Shown here: in pieces, positions 42,990 to 49,498 of the stretch
Layout of the letters: every line of letters begins with the position of its first letter
How positions within the stretch are numbered: the first letter of the stretch is position 1
From: Candidatus Subterrananammoxibius californiae
Lineage (GTDB): Bacteria > Planctomycetota > Brocadiia > Brocadiales > Subterrananammoxibiaceae
Reading direction: 5' to 3'
DNA length: 49,498 nucleotides
Assembly: GCA_030586555.1 (NCBI GenBank)
Contig: JAURAC010000026.1
Span: forward strand, 1-49,498
Notes under the pieces: generated by a model
Databases searched by the model: none
Told to the model about the DNA's origin: nothing
The model's input: the letters and a program-made list of their open reading frames with translations, nothing else
Program-made: the position numbers and the translations under genes

Positions 42990-44770
42990 AATGGGTCTTT
43001 TTACCGTCTAATCGAAAATTGCAGGAGGAAATTGCATCCAGCCTGCATATCTCCCCTATCACCGCGCAGCTTATTATCAACAGGGGCATAACAGACGTAA
43101 GCACCGCAAAGTCGTTTTTACAACCCCAACTCTCAACACTCGGCGACCCAATGCTTCTGCCAGATATGGATAAGGCGGCAAAAAGAATCGTTGAAGCGGT
43201 ACGCAATGGCGAGAAGATTACCGTATACGGCGACTATGACGCCGATGGCGTCTCGGCGACTGCCTTAATGGTTCTGTGCCTGAATTTCATTGGAGCAAAT
43301 GTTCAGTATTATATACCTGAACGCATCGAAGAAGGTTACGGGCTTAATAGAGATGCAATACTAAGATTAAAAAGTGATGGCACAAGTATTATTATTACTG
43401 TTGACTGCGGTATCAATTCATATCAGGAAGCCAGAACTGCGCAACTTAGCGGGATTGACCTTATAATTACAGACCATCACGAACCAGGGGCAGAAATTCC
43501 CGATGCCTTTGCAATCATAAATCCAAAACTTACCCATCGCTTATCACCCATCCCCCATTTCCCATCACCTATAACCCATTTATCGGGCGTAGGCGTTGCC
43601 TTTAAACTTGCATGGGCAATAGGACAACATCTTTCCCTACAAAAGAGAGTGTCTCCTGAATTCAGGGATTTCCTTACAAATGCCCTGGGTCTTGTTGCAC
43701 TTGGAACAATCTCAGATGTTGTGCCTTTATATGGCGAAAACAGGATTTTAACAAGACATGGGCTGGAATACCTACAGCATTGTGACAGTCCCGGCATCAA
43801 GGCGCTCATTGAGGTTGCAGACCTATGCGGTTCATCTATTGAGTCAAGCCATGTCGGCTACCGCCTGGGACCAAGGCTAAACGTGGCGGGGAGAATTGAC
43901 AGCGCAGGTATCTGTGTCGAACTGCTGACCACTAAGTGCGAAAACCGTGCCAGGGAAATCGCAAAGATACTGGATAATAAAAACAAAAAAAGGCAAGAAA
44001 TCCAGCAAGCAATAGCTGAGTCTGTACGGGAAAAGATTGAAAAAGAAATAGACATGGCGATGGCTCATGTAATTATACTATCCGATGAGTCCTGGCATCC
44101 GGGGGTCGTTGGAATTGTCGCATCAAAGGTGGCGGAGGAATTTAATAGGCCCACAATAATAATCGCCGTAGATGGACAATTGGGCCATGGTTCCGCGAGG
44201 TCTTATATTCCCTCGTTTCACCTCTTTAAAGCCCTTGAGCTGTGCAGGGAAAGATTAATCACCTTCGGCGGTCATGCAAGGGCGGCAGGATTAAAGATTT
44301 TGAGGCACGAGATAGATGAGTTTAAGGCATTAATGAATGCCACCGCCTTGCAACTCTTACAAAAAGATGACTTTATCCCTACATTGCAAATAGATGCTGA
44401 AGTAAAACTCAATTCCCTCTCTAAGCCGCTTATGGACGAATTTGCTCGGCTTTACCCACACGGGGAGGGCAATCCCTTGCCACTATTTGCCGCAACAAAC
44501 GTAAAGATTGTTGGGCAGCCGCGCCGCGTAGGGGCTCAGGGACAGCACCTGAGCTTTTATGTACGCCAGGGCGATACAACCTTTAAGGCTATTGCCTTTG
44601 GCATGGGAGAGGAATTTGAATGCGGAATGCGGAATGCGGAATGCGGAATAAATGGAAAACTATACTCCATTGCATTTACCCCCAAGCTCAACAACTGGAT
44701 GGAACAGGAAGGTATAGAATTGGAGGTCAAGGATATTAAGTTTGCCCCAGCGAGTCCGCCTCTTGTGTGA
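42980..44770 (+). CDS. recJ: Single-stranded DNA exonuclease RecJ
   Basis: YGDYDADG, TVDCG, TDHH, GPRLNVAGR, GGHARAAG. Confidence 0.96.
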   Translation: MDKKWVFLPSNRKLQEEIASSLHISPITAQLIINRGITDVSTAKSFLQPQLSTLGDPMLLPDMDKAAKRIVEAVRNGEKITVYGDYDADGVSATALMVLCLNFIGANVQYYIPERIEEGYGLNRDAILRLKSDGTSIIITVDCGINSYQEARTAQLSGIDLIITDHHEPGAEIPDAFAIINPKLTHRLSPIPHFPSPITHLSGVGVAFKLAWAIGQHLSLQKRVSPEFRDFLTNALGLVALGTISDVVPLYGENRILTRHGLEYLQHCDSPGIKALIEVADLCGSSIESSHVGYRLGPRLNVAGRIDSAGICVELLTTKCENRAREIAKILDNKNKKRQEIQQAIAESVREKIEKEIDMAMAHVIILSDESWHPGVVGIVASKVAEEFNRPTIIIAVDGQLGHGSARSYIPSFHLFKALELCRERLITFGGHARAAGLKILRHEIDEFKALMNATALQLLQKDDFIPTLQIDAEVKLNSLSKPLMDEFARLYPHGEGNPLPLFAATNVKIVGQPRRVGAQGQHLSFYVRQGDTTFKAIAFGMGEEFECGMRNAECGINGKLYSIAFTPKLNNWMEQEGIELEVKDIKFAPASPPLV

Positions 44771-45138
44771 TTTGTTAAGAAAATACGGGAGGTTTTCCCC
44801 TTACGAGCCCTTGTTTGCCTGCCTGAACGAGTCTTTGCGTACTTTGTGAGAGAATATATGTTTCACGCCAAGCGCAAAGTTTTTGGTTTTCCAGCTTGTT
44901 TCATAAAGTTAAGATATTCTTATTGTGCAAAAACTGTGGTGAACTTCACACAATTAATTACTTGATTTTTCTCCAGATACAGATATAATCTACGCATTCA
45001 ATCCGCCTTAGGTGGACAGAAGCGGGCAAGACGTAAGAAGTTAGAAGTAAGATGTTAAAGATTTTTCTTCTTCCGTCTTTCTTCTCACGTTTTACTTCTT
45101 CAGCTTACCAGCTAATCAGCTTAAAGGATAGAATAACC

Positions 45139-45366
45139 ATGTCAATCCCAGGTTACGTAGATTACAAACGCAGGGAATTCTGTAAAGATATCAAGTGCTC
45201 CGTTCAGTTAGACCTTGATGCCCAAAGAGAAGGTTCTGAGGAATACCAAAGGATAAGAAACATCTGCAAGACCAACTGCAGATACACCACTTACCAGTTC
45301 CATCATTGGTTGATAGAAAAGGGTTATTTAATCATTAGACCAGAAAAGCCTAAGGCTGAGGGCTGA
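45139..45366 (+). CDS. Small Cys/His-rich hypothetical protein
   Basis: MSIPGYVDYKRREFCKDIKC...ICKTNC...FHHWL; AAGGA RBS. Confidence 0.7.
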   Translation: MSIPGYVDYKRREFCKDIKCSVQLDLDAQREGSEEYQRIRNICKTNCRYTTYQFHHWLIEKGYLIIRPEKPKAEG

Positions 45367-45458
45367 AGAAAAAGATTCTTCCTTCAGTTTTTTTGATTTT
45401 TGGATTGTGTTTTTGATATTTGATATTTGATTTTTGATTTATAAGGAGGTATATAAAA

Positions 45459-46262
45459 ATGGATTGGGGAATAAAGAACCGCCTGTCGCAGGTAATCCAG
45501 CCCGATGGGCACTGTTTGTTCATGCCTATTGACCATGGATATTTTCAAGGACCCACTACCAAATTAGAAAAACCTGGCGAGACCGTAAGTCCACTGCTGC
45601 CTTATTGCGATGCAGTGTTCTGTACAAGGGGGGTATTACGGTCTTCCATAAATCCGGCTAACACAAAACCCATTATCCTGAGAGTTTCCGGTGGCACAAG
45701 CATGGTGGGGAAAGACCTCGCTAACGAAGGTCTTACCACCTCTGTAGAAGAGGTTATACGGCTTAATGCCTCTGCAGTGGGTATGTCTGTTTTCATAGGG
45801 TCCGATTATGAACACCAGACGTTGATGAATCTTGGAAGACTTGTAGATGAATGTGAAAAATATGGAATCCCGGTAATGGCTGTTACAGCGGTGGGTAAGG
45901 AACTGGAAAAGAGGGATGCCCGCTACCTCGCTCTCTGCTGCCGTATTACAGCCGAACTTGGGGCAAGGATAGTGAAGACCTACTGGTGTGAAAACTTTGA
46001 TAAGGTTGTCAATGGCTGTCCTGTACCTGTGGTAATAGCAGGCGGACCGAAGGTACCCGACAAGGAGGTCCTGGAGTTTGTTTATGATGGTATGCAAAAA
46101 GGCGCCATCGGAGTTAACCTCGGCAGGAATATATGGCAGAACGAACACCCCATTGCTATGGTTAAGGCTATACGAGCTATCATCCATGAAAATGCCACTG
46201 CCGATGAGGCATTTGAAATATACAATGAAATCAAGAGTTGTAGGACACCTGTAGAAGTCTAA
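45459..46262 (+). CDS. lsrF: LsrF-type class I aldolase/thiolase
   Basis: MDWGIKNRLS, DHGYFQGPT, ELGARIVKTY, GRNIWQ; AAGGAGG RBS. Confidence 0.88.
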   Translation: MDWGIKNRLSQVIQPDGHCLFMPIDHGYFQGPTTKLEKPGETVSPLLPYCDAVFCTRGVLRSSINPANTKPIILRVSGGTSMVGKDLANEGLTTSVEEVIRLNASAVGMSVFIGSDYEHQTLMNLGRLVDECEKYGIPVMAVTAVGKELEKRDARYLALCCRITAELGARIVKTYWCENFDKVVNGCPVPVVIAGGPKVPDKEVLEFVYDGMQKGAIGVNLGRNIWQNEHPIAMVKAIRAIIHENATADEAFEIYNEIKSCRTPVEV

Positions 46263-46424
46263 TGGTTGATAGACCTTATAGGCTGAAGAAACACGAAAGT
46301 AAAGAATTGGAAATTGAAAAGTGCAAAATTTAAATTTTAAAATCTACAATTTTCAATTTACAATTTTTTAGCACTGATGGGTCTTCCCCAAGCGTTAGGT
46401 GATAAAATATGATGAGGGTATGGT

Positions 46425-46724
46425 GTGCGATATTACTTTGAGTGGGACCATAAAAAGGCAACGGAAAACCTTAAGAAACATAAAGTCAGCTTTGAGCGTG
46501 CAACCAGTATTTTTCTTGATTCTCGTGCAATAACTATTTTTGATGAAGAGCATAGCAAGGGTGAAGATAGATGGGTTACAATGGGAATAGATAAAAGAGG
46601 AGCTTTATTGGTAGTGATTCATACTTTTCAACAAAAGAATAACGAGGAATATAAAATTCGTATTATTTCTGCACGTAAAGCAACAACAAAAGAGACGAAA
46701 CAGTATATGGAGGAAAATATATGA
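46425..46724 (+). CDS. BrnT family toxin
   Basis: FEWDHKKATENLKKHKVSFE, RIISARKAT. Confidence 0.92.
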   Translation: MRYYFEWDHKKATENLKKHKVSFERATSIFLDSRAITIFDEEHSKGEDRWVTMGIDKRGALLVVIHTFQQKNNEEYKIRIISARKATTKETKQYMEENI

Positions 46725-46927
46725 AGAAGGAATATGATTTTTCAAAAGGTAAGAGAGGAAAATTCTACAAATCAGATTTAGAGTTGTATTTACCTATTTA
46801 TTTAGACAAGGATACTATGGAAAATCTATTAAAATTTTCAGAAGAAAAAGGCGTTGAAGTTGAAGCCATAGTAAAGGATTGGATAAATAAAGACATATCC
46901 ATTGTTAAGACAGTAATGTCAAAATAA
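46721..46927 (+). CDS. BrnA-like antitoxin
   Basis: MKKEYDFSKGKRGKFY; ATGA overlap. Confidence 0.85.
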   Translation: MKKEYDFSKGKRGKFYKSDLELYLPIYLDKDTMENLLKFSEEKGVEVEAIVKDWINKDISIVKTVMSK

Positions 46928-46956
46928 CGCCTGACAAATCATTTCAGCGAATGGCG

Positions 46957-47034
46957 GACGCCACCGCCAGCGAGGCATACGAAATGTACAACGAAATCAG
47001 GGGCATGCGAAGACTCGTAACATCCGAAGCCTAA
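46957..47034 (+). pseudogene. lsrF: Displaced lsrF 3'-end relic
   Basis: DATASEAYEMYNEIRGMRRLVTSEA* versus NATADEAFEIYNEIKSCRTPVEV*. Confidence 0.85.
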
Positions 47035-47038
47035 AGAT

Positions 47039-47066
47039 ATGTCGAACTCCTCCCCAACTTGTAAGT
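47039..47066 (+). pseudogene. Displaced 5'-end relic of the Zn-dehydrogenase gene
   Basis: ATATGTCGAACTC (47037-47049) identical to 48040-48052; MSNSSPT versus MSNSNST. Confidence 0.7.
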
Positions 47067-47174
47067 TTTGAGTTTTAAGTTTTTAGTTATGAGTTATTGG
47101 TTCTTTAACTTAAAACTCACAACTCAAAACTAAAAATTTCGAATAAAGTGTAATAATGAATCAGGAGGCGACCT

Positions 47175-47663
47175 ATGGCAAATTTAGTTAATTGTATAGA
47201 GTGTAGTAAACAAGTTAGCTCTTCGGCCTCTCAATGTCCATACTGTGGTAAAGATCCACGATCTATAGCATGTATATTTTGTGGGTTACCTGTAAAGCTT
47301 TCTAATGAAATTCATGCAGAATGTATAGAAAAACGTGCGAGTAGATATAGTGATTTTAAGCAATATTCATGTCCTGTATGCCATACGGTAATAGCCTACA
47401 AACATACAGTAATAACTTACAAAGGTGAAGGTACGTGTCCTAAGTGTGGTCATCCTTTTACTTTTAAATCCTGTCATTTATGCCATAGACCCGTTGAAAA
47501 AAATGCGGCTAAAAAAGTTCGCAACTATAATGAGTATGATGTGAGTGAATATGATTATTATTATCATTATCATGAATCGTGTAAGCCGCCAAGTTATAAA
47601 TTTGTTTATATTCTGATAGGCGTAATTATCATTTATATAATTGTAAAAAAATTGGGTGAATAA
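47175..47663 (+). CDS. Multi zinc-ribbon protein with C-terminal membrane anchor
   Basis: Six CxxC motifs, AGGAGG RBS, hydrophobic tail. Confidence 0.8.
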   Translation: MANLVNCIECSKQVSSSASQCPYCGKDPRSIACIFCGLPVKLSNEIHAECIEKRASRYSDFKQYSCPVCHTVIAYKHTVITYKGEGTCPKCGHPFTFKSCHLCHRPVEKNAAKKVRNYNEYDVSEYDYYYHYHESCKPPSYKFVYILIGVIIIYIIVKKLGE

Positions 47664-47733
47664 AGGGGACGCTTGTTAATGCTCACTAATTAGGTAACTC
47701 TTTTGGTATAATATAACCAAAGGAGACCTAATT

Positions 47734-47885
47734 ATGCACTATCATTATGAAGTAATCCTTAAAAGATGACTACCCATTTTAAAGGAGTACGAAAGAACTA
47801 AAGCAAAAGTTACTCCTCGTCCTTTTAAGTTTGTAAAAGACCTTTGTCAGGCGCATCATATTATTAGTGCTAAAGAACTCAGGCG
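47734..47885 (+). pseudogene. Possible IS481-like transposase N-terminal fragment
   Basis: AGGAG RBS; MHYHYEVILKR*LPILKEYERTKAKVTPRPFKFVKDLCQAHH with internal TGA; family call from recollection only. Confidence 0.4.
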
Positions 47886-47938
47886 AGATTACGAACCCTA
47901 TTTTCTATTATTTCAAGCATTTTTGATACCGTTCTCAT
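47879..47938 (-). pseudogene. Truncated paralog of the 30401-30562 antitoxin, with its promoter
   Basis: MRTVSKMLEIIENRVRNLA* versus MRTISKILEIVENRVRNPAK. Confidence 0.85.
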
Positions 47939-48041
47939 TATGGAAAATTAGCATATAATATACTGTTTGTCAAATTTTAATTTATTCTGACCAGCATCGA
48001 TGGTAGCAGAAACCATACCTTTTAAAAGGTCTCTTAAAAAT

Positions 48042-49106
48042 ATGTCGAACTCAAATTCCACCATGCAAGTAGCAATGTACTACAACAACCGGGATGTCAG
48101 GCTTGAGGAGATGCCCATCCCACAGATAGGTCATGGAGAAATACTCGTAAAGGTTCTGGCAAGCGGAATCTGTGGAAGCGACGTCATGGAGTGGTATCGC
48201 ATAAAAAGGGCTCCGCTTGTGCTTGGACACGAAATTACCGGGCAAATTGCAGAGGTGGGGGAAGGGGTGTCCGCCCCAGGCGGACACGTGCCCCTACAAG
48301 TAGGTCAACGGGTATTCGTCTCCCATCATGTCCCTTGTAACACCTGCCGCTATTGCCTCAATGGCAATCATACCGCCTGCGAAACCCTGCACACTACTAA
48401 CTACTATCCAGGTGGTTTTGCCCAGTATATACGCATACCACAAATCATTGTAGACCGTGGGGTGTTCTTGCTTCCCGAAGAGGTGTCCTTTGAGGAAGGG
48501 ACATTTATTGAACCACTTGCCTGTGTTATACGGGGGCAAAGGCTCGCAGGTCTAAAGCCAGGTCAGACCGTACTTATTATTGGCAGCGGCATCTCTGGCA
48601 TCCTTCATATAGCGCTTGCAAAGGCTTTCGGGGCAGGAAGGATTATCGCCACTGACATAAGTAAATACCGCCTGAGGATGGCGGAAAAATTTGGAGCGGA
48701 TTTTGCGATAAATGGCAGGGAGGACGTTTCAGTCCGCCTGAGGCAGGTCAATGAAAACAGATTAGCAGACCTCGCAATAATCTGCACAGGGGCGCTTCCT
48801 GCCTTCTTACAAGCCCTTAAATCTGTAGATAGAGGGGGTACAATTCTTTTTTTTGCACCCACCGAACCCGGGGTTGACCTCCCCATACCCATAAATGAGT
48901 TCTGGAGAAATGGTATAACCCTTATGCCTTCCTACGGCGCCGCTCCGCTGGACTTAACGATTGCCATAGAGCTCCTGCGCTCTCGGAGGATTAATGTAAA
49001 GGAGATGATAACCCACCGCTTAAGCCTTGCAGAAACAGTTAGGGGTTTCCAGCTTGTTGCAGGTGCAGGAGAGTCCTTAAAGGCTATAATAGAACCTTTT
49101 CGGTAA
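48042..49106 (+). CDS. Zinc-dependent medium-chain dehydrogenase (sorbitol/threonine dehydrogenase-like)
   Basis: GICGSD, GHE, CNTCRYC...C, EPLAC, GSGISG. Confidence 0.92.
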   Translation: MSNSNSTMQVAMYYNNRDVRLEEMPIPQIGHGEILVKVLASGICGSDVMEWYRIKRAPLVLGHEITGQIAEVGEGVSAPGGHVPLQVGQRVFVSHHVPCNTCRYCLNGNHTACETLHTTNYYPGGFAQYIRIPQIIVDRGVFLLPEEVSFEEGTFIEPLACVIRGQRLAGLKPGQTVLIIGSGISGILHIALAKAFGAGRIIATDISKYRLRMAEKFGADFAINGREDVSVRLRQVNENRLADLAIICTGALPAFLQALKSVDRGGTILFFAPTEPGVDLPIPINEFWRNGITLMPSYGAAPLDLTIAIELLRSRRINVKEMITHRLSLAETVRGFQLVAGAGESLKAIIEPFR

Positions 49107-49362
49107 AACCATGGTAGGAGCAGGTCTTGACCTGCCCATGAAGGGCACCCACAAGGGGTGCCCCTACAGACGACCCTCCTTACCACACGCATTGCGCACA
49201 TAAATTTAATTGACCACGCAATCACCATTCTGTATCATACAGCCAGTCCTTGCTCCCCTCTATTAAGAGGGGGTTGGGGGTGTGTCCCCTCTAAAAAGAG
49301 GGAGATGGGTGTCTGTCACCTCTTGATAGAGGGGAAATAGTACACAGAAAGTAATGGCACAG

Positions 49363-49498
49363 ATGGAATGGCTTTACAATACAATAGGCTTAAGTGCGGC
49401 GGTGATTACGACTGCAAGTTTCCTGCCGCAATTAGTCAAGGCGTACAGGACCAAGAGCGTGGCTGATTTTTCATGGATTATGTTGATTGGTTTTAGCA
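49363..49498 (+). CDS. SemiSWEET/PQ-loop transporter, 3'-truncated by window edge
   Basis: MEWLYNTIGLSAAVITTASFLPQLVKAYRTKSVADFSWIML. Confidence 0.8.
   Translation, partial: MEWLYNTIGLSAAVITTASFLPQLVKAYRTKSVADFSWIMLIGFS

Overview
Chromosomal window from a Planctomycetota anammox-clade bacterium (order Ca. Brocadiales). The 16S has exact Pla46 and Amx368 probe sites and a helix-9 insertion, but about 3 mismatches to Amx820. Order: uppP (partial), rpmB, fur, a complete minus-strand rRNA operon (16S, tRNA-Ile, tRNA-Ala, 23S, 5S), a ~9 kb island of secreted/CARDB/TraT proteins, accA, an LPS/envelope cluster (Kdo/WaaP-type kinase, three GT4, methyltransferase, phosphodiesterase, DegT, msbA), SIMPL, ligA, tyrA, purL, an MTase+HNH restriction-modification pair, purQ, nuoE/nuoF-like genes, recJ, lsrF, a Zn-dehydrogenase and a partial SemiSWEET. 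Four toxin-antitoxin pairs are interspersed. The main hidden structure is displaced copies of housekeeping-gene ends beside accessory modules. The accA 3' end occurs three times (16355-16432, 8574-8681, 7210-7290). Both relics start at the same codon and sit 5 bp from an identical 12-bp motif, which suggests tandem site-specific integration of integrase-less units into accA. Similar relics flank inserts at DegT (5'), recJ (promoter and 5'), lsrF (3', joined to half an attC-like site) and the Zn-dehydrogenase (5'). Several families of small palindromes and heptamer arrays have also entered housekeeping genes in frame. All calls come from reading by eye. Family and probe assignments rest on recalled motifs, not database searches.
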